Positions 1 to 10,825 of a DNA stretch of 64,000 nucleotides are shown piece after piece. Each line of letters begins with the position of its first letter. Positions within the stretch are counted from its first letter, which is position 1. The DNA lies in the NCBI GenBank assembly GCA_036785375.1, contig JAWMAR010000182.1:806001-870000 (forward strand), given 5' to 3'. Made by a program: the position numbers and the translations under genes. Under the pieces are notes generated by a model. It did not search any database, was not told the DNA's origin, and worked only from the letters and a program-made list of their open reading frames with translations. Origin of the DNA: Leucoraja ocellata (lineage: Eukaryota).

Positions 1-1
1 G

Positions 2-496
2 AAAATTGAAGTCCCCCATGATTACAGCAGTTCCCTTTTTACATGCGTCAACTATTTGCAGATTTATGTTCTGACTAACAGCGTCACAGCTATTTGGAGG
101 TCTATAAATTACACCCACTAGTGTTTTTTTCCCCTTATTATTCTCTATCTGTACCCAAGCTGTTTCACTATCCTGATCCTTCAACGCAATATCCTTCCTC
201 TCTATTGCCGTTATTCCCTCCCTTATTAAAAGGGCCACCCCTCCTCCCTTTCTTTCCTGTCTATCTTTCCTAATTGTCGAGTACCCCTCTATATTTAACT
301 CCCAGTCCTGATCCCCTTGCAGCCATGTCTCCGTAATGGCTACGATATCATAACTATATATACTTAATTGCACCGTTAATTCATTTATCTTATTACGAAT
401 ACTCCGTGCATTTAGATAAAGCACTTTCAGATGATTTTTACTACCCTTCCTTTCCGTTTTTGCCCCTTTTACATCTAAAGCTTTATCTTCACACAT
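2..496 (-). CDS. CR1 LINE ORF2 N-terminus (APE endonuclease), open to the window edge
   Basis: Manual translation from ATG at 496: ...LKVLYLNARSIRNK...DIVAITETWL...RKDR...GGGVAL...GVIYRPPN...VIMGDFNF, with no stop before position 1. It is missing from the ORF track, probably because it runs off the edge. Confidence 0.9.
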   Translation of the reverse strand, partial: MCEDKALDVKGAKTERKGSKNHLKVLYLNARSIRNKINELTVQLSIYSYDIVAITETWLQGDQDWELNIEGYSTIRKDRQERKGGGVALLIREGITAIERKDIALKDQDSETAWVQIENNKGKKTLVGVIYRPPNSCDAVSQNINLQIVDACKKGTAVIMGDFNF

Positions 497-600
497 TCTG
501 TCTCCTGTCACATTTTGACTTTCCGCTTCCCCACTGATACCCTGCTCTATTTCCTCTACCCCTGCCGTTATTACCCCCCTTGATACCTCCCCCCCGCTAC

Positions 601-1146
601 TTAGTTTAAAGACCTCTCTACTGCCCTAGTTATATGATTTGCCAGGACCCCAGTCCCAGCACCGTTCAGGTGAAGTCCGTCCTTACAGAACAGATCCCCC
701 CTGTCCCAGTACTGGTGCCAGTGGCCCAAGAAACCAAACCCATTATTCCCACACCAGTCTTTGAGCCACGCATTTAGCTTTTTAATTTTACGTACCCTCG
801 CCGATTTGGCCCGTGGCTCAGGTAGCAATCCGGAGATCAGTACCCTCGAGGTTCTGCTTTTTAATTTATTCCCTAACTGCTCAAACTCCTTCAGCAGATC
901 CTCCTTCCTCGTCCTTCCTATGTCATTGGTCCCCACATGGACCACGACCACTGGATCCTCCCCCTCCCTCTGCAAATTTCTCTCCAGCATCGCAGAGATA
1001 TCCTTAACCCTAGCACCGGGTAGGCAACACAGCCTTCGGGACATGTTCTGCTGGCCGCAGAGAACCTTATCTACCCCCCGAATAATACTATCCCCTATCA
1101 CTACGGCACTTGTTCCATCGTTCCTATGTTCACCTGGATAATCCAT
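601..1146 (-). CDS. CR1 LINE ORF1 C-terminal SGNH/GDSL esterase domain (5'-truncated)
   Basis: All four SGNH blocks present: VIGDSIIR, CLPGA, HVGTND, DGLHLN. It lies directly upstream of the APE ORF on the same strand, the known CR1 layout. Confidence 0.88.
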   Translation of the reverse strand: MDYPGEHRNDGTSAVVIGDSIIRGVDKVLCGQQNMSRRLCCLPGARVKDISAMLERNLQREGEDPVVVVHVGTNDIGRTRKEDLLKEFEQLGNKLKSRTSRVLISGLLPEPRAKSARVRKIKKLNAWLKDWCGNNGFGFLGHWHQYWDRGDLFCKDGLHLNGAGTGVLANHITRAVERSLN

Positions 1147-1161
1147 GAAGCACTGTGAGTT

Positions 1162-2230
1162 ATGCTTTTAACTTCTCCAATGCTTTTAACACCGTCTAAC
1201 CTGCTGAGGAGCAAACTGATGAAGATGCGGGTGGATGCTCCATTGGTGTCCTCGATCATCAACTACCTGACTGGACGACTACAATATGTCAGGCTACAGG
1301 ATCGTGTCTCATATGTGGTAGTGAGCAACACAGGGGCCCGACAGGGGACGATCCTCTCCCCCTTCCTGTTCACCATCTATGCCTTCGACAACAGATATAA
1401 CTTGGATTCCTGCCATCTGCAGAAGTTTTAAGATGACTCTGCAATTGTGCAAGTACAGAGGTGTAGTCGACGACTTTGTTGAGTGGTGTGGGCTGAATCA
1501 CCTGCAGCTCAACACTGATAAAGACAAAGGAGTTAGTGGTGGACTTTAGGAAGAAAGGAACACCCCTGTCCCTTGTCTCCATCAATGTTCTGGATGTGCA
1601 GTTTCCCAGGGAGTACAAATAACTTCAAGTGTACCTGGACTGGTCCAGGAAAGCTGAGGCCCTGTACAAGAAGGGACAGAGCCGAATGTACTTTTTGAGA
1701 AATCTCGCTTCTTCAACATCTGCAGTAAGATGCTGCAGATGTTCTACCACTGCCATCTTCTTCGTTGTCGTGTGCTGGGGCAGCAGGGGGAAGGCCGCGC
1801 ACACCAATAGGATTAACAAACTCATCAGGAAGGCTGGCTCTGTCCTGGGGGCAGAGTTGAATTCATGGGAGGTGGTCTTGGAGGGGAGGATGCTCCTCAA
1901 ACTGCAGCGTATCTTGGTCAATCCAGCTCACCACCTCCATGACATACTGGTCAACCTGAGGAGTACGTTTAGCAACAGACTGGTTCCACCAAGATGCAGT
2001 ACAGAACGCCACAGGAGATCCTTCTTCCCTGTGGCTATCAAATTGTATAATTACCCCTTCTGTCATGGGGTAGACCCGACTCCCCACTCTCGGCTCCCCA
2101 ATCTTTGCACATCCCCAACCAATCCTTTCAACTCGTCACTTTAATTTCATGTTTCATGTAGTTTGTGTTTTACGACTGTTGACGGATGAATTTCCCTCCT
2201 GGGATAAATAAAGTTCTATTGTATCGTAAT
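1162..2230 (+). mobile_element. Rex1/Babar-like LINE 3' fragment (degraded RT)
   Basis: Frameshifted RT pieces: INYLTGRLQYV, GARQGTILSPFLF, KF*DD, KKGQSRMYFLR, RRSFFPVAIKLYN. Ends in an AATAAA tail near 2208-2230. Confidence 0.75.
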
Positions 2231-3139
2231 TCACAGATCATCCCCATCTGTGCCATCAGACCTACATTATTGAGGCATGAGGATGCTGGAATCATGAGCA
2301 AAAATAGCTCAGGAGGAACTGTCCTCTGCTGAATTGTGCAGGCACTTTGTGTTTTGCCACAGACTGATTGTTCCAAATATCGCCTGTTCATTTCCCTCCA
2401 CAGATACTGATTGCCCACTAAGTTACTCCAGTACGTAGTGTTTATGCATTAGACCTACAATACTTTCAGATTCATCCACCGTGGAGTTCTCATCTCTGTG
2501 ACCTCTTGCAATACCCACACAGACCCCTGCACTACTCTAAATCCATCCAGGAGCCAGGTGAAACCTGTGGTGGCAGCCGTCTGATTTCTCTCCTCAGGCC
2601 CCACAAAGTCACAACAAATTCCCTCTCCTCCTGCTCCCGAGGTTGGCCGAGCCGTAGACAGGACATACGAAGCAGATGACAGACAGATTGCCCTGAATAA
2701 GGGGGCCCCATCTGAAACACCGTCTGTCCATTTTCCCCCACAGACGCTGCCTAGACTGACGTAGTTTCCCCAGCACTTAGGGGTTTTATTTTGCATAAGA
2801 CCCACATTAGTTCTCAATTTCGACATTCGTAACCTGCGTTCAAATTCCTCCACCGTGGGCTGTTCAAATGCATAAGTGTTGGAAGAAACAGTTCAATAGG
2901 GTCAATGTCCCCACTGAATCCTTACTTGCTGAGGGTCAGGCTGTTCTGAGGCGCCTGGGGACCGCCGGCCACGCTGTAGGTGCTGCAGCAATGCAGACCC
3001 CGGTGGTGATCTAAGCAACTAACCCCCTCGCTACTCCTAACACCCTCCTCGTCACTACTACTACTACAACATCCCCCCGCGTTACCGCTAGCCCCCTCAC
3101 CCCACTACCCCCTCGCTACTACACCCCTCGTCACCACTA

Positions 3140-3500
3140 CTACAGCCCTCCCCCCGCGTTACCGCTAGCCCCCTCACCCCACTGTTGGCCCCACTACCCG
3201 CGCGCCGCTACGACTGCCCCCGGCCCCATCTCCATCACCTACCCCACTCGGCAGGTTCTTGACGATGAGCCGCGACATCCCGCCGCTGACTGACGACCCC
3301 ACGCGCTGCCTGCTCTCACACGACCGACCGTCTTCCCAGAACGACTCGCGGCGGGCGGGCGGGACGGCAGACGGCGAGGGACATTCCACGCACGCGCGCG
3401 CGCGCTTTCAAACCGAGACGGCTGGACGTCCCCGGCGACCGTTAGCCGATGCGCCGCACGAGCCGGACCCCCTCGCCCGCGCGCAACCCCATGGGGTCCC
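3140..3500. promoter_or_regulatory. CpG island / probable RBM19 promoter and first exon
   Basis: Sharp GC- and CpG-rich patch (e.g. cacgcgcgcgcgcgc near 3391-3405) around the RBM19 start codon, against a CpG-poor background. Confidence 0.8.
3243..3278 (-). CDS. RBM19: RNA-binding motif protein 19, first coding exon (MSRLIVKNLPSG)
   Basis: ATG TCG CGG CTC ATC GTC AAG AAC CTG CCG AGT GGG followed by a phase-0 donor GTAGGT (3242-3237). Matches the recalled vertebrate RBM19 N-terminus MSRLIVKNLPNG. No exon 2 was found in the window. Confidence 0.88.
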
Positions 3501-3609
3501 ACCTCAGTCTGACATTCTAAACACATCAGTTGAAGACCAGATTGTTTTATATATATAACAATAATAGTGCAAAGACAAAAACAATGCTCCCAAGTCCATA
3601 TAGTTTGGA

Positions 3610-3785
3610 TGTTTAAGAAGGAACTGCAGATGCTGGAAAATCGAAGGTAGACAAAAGTGCTGGAGAAACTCAGCGGGTGCTGCAGTATCTATGGAGCGAA
3701 GGAAATAGGCAACGTTTCGGGCCGAAACCCTTCTTCAGACTGATGTAGGGGTTTCGGCCAGAAACGTTGCCTATTTCCTTCGCCC
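3610..3785. mobile_element. Penelope-derived terminal-repeat insertion in inverted arrangement
   Basis: Flanked by CCATATAGTTTGGA at 3596-3609 and 3786-3799. The segment ~3690-3730 is inverted at ~3748-3790. Contains a CTGAAGA..GAAACGTT core on the minus strand. Confidence 0.75.
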
Positions 3786-4119
3786 CCATATAGTTTGGAG
3801 TTTATTTGGAAGTTGTAGTTTTTAATAGCCTGATGGTTTTTGGGAAGAAGTTGCTCCTACCTGGTTGAAGAACCTGATTGTTACTGTTTTCAGGCTTTGC
3901 TTCATTCTTCCCAGTGGCAGGAGAGAAATGAGAGTGTAGCCATGGTGGTGTGGGTCTCTGATGTTGCTCGCTGCTTTTTTGAGGCAGTGATTCCTGTAAA
4001 TCCCCTCGATGGTGGGGAGGTCAGTACAGGTGATGGACTAGGCAGTGTTCACCACTTTTTGCAATCTTCATTCCTGGGCGTTCGAGTTGCCAAACCAGGC
4101 CGTGATGCAATCAGTTAGT

Positions 4120-6620
4120 ATGCTCTAAGGGGAGTAGGAGGCAACGGTGGCTGACAAGAGAAGTTAGGGATAGAATAAAACTAAAAAAAAAGATGTATAA
4201 CGCAGCAAAGAGTAGCGGGAAGCCAGAGGATTGGGAAACTATCATCGGACAACGGAAGGAAACAAAACGGGCAATAAGGGCTGAAAAGATGAAGTACGAG
4301 GGGAAGCTGGCCAGGAATATAAAGAAGGACAGCAAAAGCTTCTTTAGATATGTTAAGGGGAAAAGAATAGCAAAGTTAGATGTGGGTCCCTTGAAGGCAG
4401 ACACGGTGAAATTATGGGGAACAAGGAAATGGCAGAACAGTTGAACAGGTACTTCGGATCTGTCTTCGCTAGGGAAGACACAAACAATCTCTCAGAAGTA
4501 CTGGAGGACAGAGGATCTAAGGGGGTGAGGAACTGAAATAAATTTTCACTAGGCCAGAAATTGTACTGGGTAGGCTAATAGGACTGAAGGTTGATAAATC
4601 CCCTGGGCCTGATGGTCTGCATCCCAGGGTCATCAGGGAGGTGGCTCTAGAAATGGTGATCATTTTCCAATGTTCAATAGATTCATGATCAGTTCCTGTG
4701 GATTGGAGGTTAGCTAATGTTATCCCACTTTTCAAGAAAGGAGTGAGAGAGAAAAAGGGGAATTACAGACCAGTTAGCCTGACTTCAGTGGTGGGAAAGA
4801 TGCTCGAGTCATTTATTAAAGAGATAATAATGGGCCATTTGGATAGCAGTAAAAGGATCAGTCCAAGTCCGCATGGATTTATGAAAGTAAAATCATGCTT
4901 GACCAATCTTCTTGAATTTTTTGAGGATGTGACAAGTAAAATGGATGAAGGGGAGCCAGTGGATGTAGTGTATCTAGACTTTCAGAAAGCCTTTGATAAG
5001 GTCCCGCACGGGAGACTGGTGTCTAAAAATAAGAGCACATGGTATTAGGGGGAGGGTGTTGACATGGATAGAAAATCGGTTGGCAGACCCAAAGCAAAGA
5101 GTAGGAGTGAACGGGTCCTTTTCAGAATGGCAGGCAGTGGTGAGTGGAGTGCCGCAAGGCTCGGTGTTGGGGCAGCAACTGTTTACCATATATATTAATG
5201 ATTTGGAAGAGGGAATTGGGAGCAACACTAGCAAGTTTGCGGATGACACAAAGCTGGGTGGCAGTGTGAACTGTGAAGAGGATGTTAGGAGGTTGCAGGG
5301 TGACCTGGACAGGTTGAGTGTGGGCAGATGCGTGGCAGATGCAGTATAATATAGATAAATGTGAGGTTATCCACTTTGGCGGCAAAAACTAGGGGGCAGA
5401 TTATTATTTCATTGGGGTTAGGTTAGGTAAGGGGGAGGTGCAGCGAGACCTGGGTGTCCTTGTATACCGGTCACTGAAAGTTGGCTTACAGGTACAGCAG
5501 GCAGTGAAGAAAGCTAATGGAATGTTGGCCTTCATAACAAAAGGATTTCAGTATGGGAGTAAAGAGGTTCTTCTGCAGTTGTATAGGGCTCTGGTGAGAC
5601 CACATCTGGAGTATTGTGTACAGCTTTGGTCTCCTAATTTGAGGAAGGACATCCTTGTGATTGAGGCACTGCAGCGTAGGTTCACAAGATTGATCCCTGG
5701 GAGGGCTGGATTGTCATATGAGGAAAGATTTAAAAGACTAGGCTTGTGTTCACCTAGGTTTAGAAGGATGAGGGAGAATCTTATAGAAACATATAAAATT
5801 ATAAAAGGACTGAACAAGCTAGATGCCGGAAAAATGTTCCCAATGTTGGGCGAGTCCAGAACCAGGGGCCACAGTCTTAGAATAAAGGGTAGGTTATTTA
5901 TTAAGGGGAGGGAAGAAAGACTGGATAGACTCGGCTAGAATTTAGAAGATTGAGGGGGGATCTTATAGAAATGTACTAAATTCTTAAGGGGTTGGACAGG
6001 CTAGATGCAAGAAGATTATTTCCGATGTTGGGGAAGTCCAGAACAAGGGGTCACAGTTTAAGGATAAGAGGGAAATCTTTTAGGACCGAGATAAGAAAAA
6101 CATTTTTCACACAGAGAGTGGTGAATCTCTGGAATTCTCCGCCACAGATGGTAGTTGAGGCCAGTTCATTGGCTATATTTAAGAGGGAGTTAGATGTGGC
6201 CCTTATGGCTAAAGGGATCAGGGGGTATGGAGAGAAAGCAGGTACAGGATACCGAGTTGGATGATCAGCCATGATCATATTGAATGGCGGTGCAGGCTTG
6301 AAGGGTCGAATGGCCTACTCCTGCACCTATTTTCTATGTTTCTATGTCATTTAAGACTGAGGTGCGAAAAAACCTTTTCACCCAGAGAGTTGTGAATTTA
6401 TGGAATTCCCTGCCACAAAGGGTAGTGAAGGCCAAGCCACTGGATGGATTTAAGAGAGAGTTAGATAGAGCTCTAGGGGCTAGTGGAGTCAAGGGATATG
6501 AGGAGAAGGCAGGCACGGGTTATTGATAGGGGACGATCAGCCATGATCACAATGAATGGCGGTGCTGGCTCGAAGGGCCGGATAGCCTCCTCCTGCCCCT
6601 ATTTTCTATGTTTCTATGTT
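4120..6620 (+). mobile_element. CR1 LINE ORF2 (RT), degraded, with 3' end
   Basis: [36 protein letters not shown] and LVRPHLEY are spread over several frames. 3' tail is (TTCTATGT)n at ~6603-6620. Confidence 0.92.
5901..6345 (+). mobile_element. 5'-truncated CR1 3' end nested inside the preceding CR1
   Basis: Has its own TTTCTATG tail. The host reads through if it is removed. Candidate TSD: GTTATTTA (5893-5900) / GTCATTTA (6346-6353). Confidence 0.7.
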
Positions 6621-7789
6621 CTGTACAGACATTTTGGGCTGAAGGGCCTGTGTACTATAAAAATAACTATTGGAAATCCATATTTTTATGTACGTTTTTC
6701 TTAGAAAGTATGAGCTATTTGATCAAGCAATGCTGGCCTTACAGTGAACTAATTTAAGAAATGTTAAACATCAGTCAATGTCAGTGGTCATTAATTTCAG
6801 CTAGCAGTTAAAGCATTATCGGCAACAAATATTATGTCAGTATATTCATGTTACTTACATTTTCTATTGAAATGTATGCATCCTGCCAGATAAATATCTG
6901 ATGACATTGTAAAGAATCTGTACAGTACATAACAAAGCACATTTAATTTTACATATCCCTTTTAGCCTCCAAAATTATATATCCTCACAAAGACATTTGT
7001 CTTTTCTGTAAGGCTACTTATTTGATTAGTAATAATATATAAATCGGTCACATATTTAAAATCTATTTGTGATGTGAACAGGATAAAACAGAAACACTTC
7101 AATATAAACCTTTAATTTACTCTTACCATTCTGTTTTTTTTTTCATATAATCAGCTCACATGATTTATAAACTCTTCGAAGCATGTTTTGGAATCTGAAA
7201 TACTGTGATAATCATCTCGCTGAAATGGATTTAGGTCAAGTGTGAGTAAATTCAATGAACCATAAGACATCAAAATAAATAACTTAATTGCAGTTGAGAT
7301 CAAGGAAATTTCAAAATGAAGGACTCATAAAGTTCAACTAGGTATCTTCTGAAGATAATTTTTAACAAGAAAGCTCACATAAGCATCCACATATTTCTCT
7401 GAATCTTTGCTGTGTAGTTTAGATTGCTATTGACCCAGATATGTATAACCATTTGCTACCTTGGATCGTGTGAAAACTTTCATTAAATTGCCGTAGCACA
7501 GATAACTACCTGATGAGCCTGTGATGAGAAGCACATACTTCCTCACCAGAACATCAGACTAAGCAACAAAACGGATTGTTTCATGCATTAATAGGAATCA
7601 GTCCGTTTCACAAAGGGGCAAATGGCATCCTTCCAGCACCATAAATTTCTGTATGTATGAAATAATACAGACCGTGTCCAACAATGCAGTTTTTTCTTGT
7701 CCAACATGAACTATCAAATGATAGTGCTCCTAAATATTACATACTACATTTCCCTGAGATTACATGTATTACAATCATTTACAATTTTG

Positions 7790-8070
7790 TTAAGAATAAG
7801 GCGTAAGGCATTTAGAACGGAGATGAGGAAAAAGTTTTTCACACAGAGAGTTGTGAGTCTGTGGAATTCTCTGCCTCAGAGGGCAGTGGAGGCTGGTTCT
7901 CTGGATACTTTCAAGAGAGAGCTTGATAGGGCTCCTAAAGATAGTGAAGTCAGGGGATATGGGGAGAAGGCACGAACGGGGTACTGATTGTGGATGTTCA
8001 GCCATGATCACATTGAATGGCGGTGCTGGCTCGAAGGGCCGAATGGCCTACTCTTGCACCTATTGTCTAT
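7790..8070 (+). mobile_element. CR1 3' fragment
   Basis: FFTQRVVSLWNSLPQ..FKRELD plus the same 3' UTR as the 6250-6345 copy. Confidence 0.85.
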
Positions 8071-9999
8071 TGTTATGTGTAATAATATCGTTTTGGTTCC
8101 TATCTTGTTAATTTGTTCCATGCATCTGGACTCACCTGCTCTACTTAAAATAAGCAAATAAAATTAATTACTGAAGGAACTCAACAAGTCGGGCAGCATC
8201 TGTTGATATGAGAGGGATGGTCGGCATTTCAGGCCGACCCAAAATATCCATCTACCTCCACAAATGCTGCCAGACCCACTGATTTCTTTCAGCAGTTTTT
8301 TTTGCAGCAGATTAGAGAAACCACAGTTTCTTGTATCTTTATTTAAACTTTATCTTAATTCTTTAGATATTTCTTAGCATTAAGTTTGCAATGATGCCAT
8401 TGCTTTCAGTTAGATTGAATTATGGTGCAAGTATTGTTTTAATTGATGTCGAGGGCTAAGATACTGTAGCCATTTTCTTTCCCTCCACCCCTCCCACCAA
8501 AATATGATGACGACAGTTGTGATTCTGTTGGTCCGCTAGCATGACATTAAGCAGGTGGAATGGACCCAAACGCAAGTTTTCTTTGCCACAAAAGACCAAA
8601 AGAGAGTGTCCCTATTCCAAGTGTCTTCTGGCAGTAATTATCCCGCCTTACATGTCCAAAATGTTTAACTCGCGCACCAGGTTTTTCAATACAAGCATGC
8701 ACTGGTTTGTATTTTGTAACTTCTGATCATTTCGGGTAGTGACAGCTGGTTAATACCACATGGTATGAATCCTCTCCATTACATTAAAATAGTGTGTGAT
8801 CACCATGCAATGATTTAAATAACCAAATAAATACACTTGGGAGTTCTGCTATGCCTGCCATATTTCAGTTCCTGTACTAGATCACTGGCTATAAAGAGGT
8901 TTTAGAATGTTTCTGAAACCATGGATGCTTACTCATTTATAACCTTTGCTGCAAATGCTATGGTGAGATTCTATATAGCCTTGGTCAAATGCTTAGATTG
9001 GTCTGTGGCTAGTCTGGAATATGAATCAGAGAGAGTTTTCTACTTCATTGTTACTGCTTGCATCCTCCATAATAAAGTTGTTATTCAGACACATATTTTC
9101 CTGCTGTCCCTCAACAGTTACAGAGTGAAGGGAATGAACAAGGCAGATAATAATGAGTTTCTTTCAGGACATGCTATCAGTGGATACTTGATCTCCTATT
9201 GCTCAGCAGAATAGGTCAGGGTTAAATCAATGGGATTTCTCAGCGTGGTTCAGATTACTGTTTCATGAAATGCACCACTTAAAAAATATCACTAGATGGT
9301 GGCAGATACCAACAGATTAAGGTGCATGTTTAAGAAAGTTCAATTTAGTTTATTAAAGCCACAGTGAAAAGTTTAAAGGAGATGTGTGGGGCAAGTATTT
9401 TACAAAGAAGGTGCTGAGTGCCTGGAACGTGTGGCCAGGTGTGGTAGAGGCAGATACGGTCGTAGCATTTAAGAGACTTTTGGATTCACATGTGGATATG
9501 CAGGGAATGGAGGGATGTGAATTATGTGCAGGCAGATAATAGTTGGGCTTGGCATCATGTTCAGCACAAACATTTTCGGCTGAAGGCTCTGTATTTTGAA
9601 AATAATTTTATTGGAAATCCATATTTTGATGTATGTTTTTTTTGGAAAGTATCCACTATTTGATCAGGCAATGCCGCCCTTACAGTGAACCAATTTAAGA
9701 AATGTTAAAAATCAGTCAATGTCAGTGGTCATTAATTTCAGCTAGCAGACTAAACATTATTGGCAACAAGTATTATGTCAGTATATTCAGGTTACTTACA
9801 TTTTCTATTGAAATGACATAGGGTGCATAGTAATTCACACAGAAAAATACAGTCTCTAGTAAAAAAAAACAAGCTGCTGGAGTAACTCAGCGGGACAGGA
9901 AGCATCTGTGGAGGGAATGGACAGACATCATTTTGGGTCAGGACCCTTCTTCCACAGATGCTGCCTGACCCGCTAAGTTACTCCAGCACTGAGATCTGA

Positions 10000-10825
10000 C
10001 CGAGTGTTTCCTAGGACATTGTTGGAAGCAAGCGTAAAAAATTACAGGGCCACAGCAGAGATAATTGTAACATTAATAGCCATAAAAGAGGTTGCAAGGA
10101 AACACCTGTGAATTACAGAACAGCAAGCCCAACATCAGTGGTGGCCATGTGATTAGTGAGATCTACTGTATATGCATTTGGAAAGTCAAGGACTGATAGG
10201 GGTGGTCAGCATGGCCACAGGAATTGGTGCTGGGTCCAATGTTGTTCATTATTTATGTTAACATTTTAGATGTGAATGTAGATGGCACAGTTAGTAAATT
10301 TGTGGATGACACTAAAATCGGTGGTCTAGTGAAAGGTGAAAAATGTTCTTTGTGATTACAATGGGATCTTGATCAACTGGGCCATTGGGCAAAGGAGCAG
10401 CAAAAGTAGTTTAATTTAAATAAAGGAGTGGTGCTGCATTTTGGTAAGACAAACCAGGCCAGGACTTACACAGTTAATGGTTGGGCCCGAACAGTGTTGT
10501 AGAACAGAGAAGCTTATGGGTGCAGATGCATAGTTCCATGGATGTGGCGACATAAATGGGCAGAGTGATGAAGAAAGCATTTGGAACACTTTCCTTTATT
10601 GGTCAGAGTATTAGTAGAGGATATTATTGTTGCAGCTGTAGAAGATGTTGGTAAGGCCACATTGGAGTACCGTGTACAGTTTTGCTCTCCCTGTCATGGG
10701 TGTCCTGAGTTATAATGAGAGGTTGAAAAGGCTTTTTTTCCCCGCTGGAGCATAGGATGCTCATAGGTGACCTTATAGAAGTTTATAAAATAATGAGGGG
10801 AATAGATGAGATGAATAGTCACAGT
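10000..10825 (+). mobile_element. Old CR1 RT fragment
   Basis: Degraded KFVDDTKIGG, LVRPHLEY-like and GDLIEVYKIMRG motifs. Confidence 0.65.

Noticed and set aside
761-1141. Plus-strand ORFs opposite TE genes (also 30202-30417, 37126-37449, 39579-40626, 51184-51601)
   Set aside because: Antisense shadows of TE coding sequence with no independent motifs.
2455-2930. Possible RBM19 exon 2 (donor-like CAA|GTAAGG near 2926)
   Set aside because: No frame resembles the expected RRM continuation (MKEERF..FGFIGF); the region contains decayed repeat tails.
3174-3558. Several 70-100-aa ORFs over the CpG island
   Set aside because: GC-rich stop-poor sequence. Only the 12 codons matching RBM19 followed by a donor are supported.
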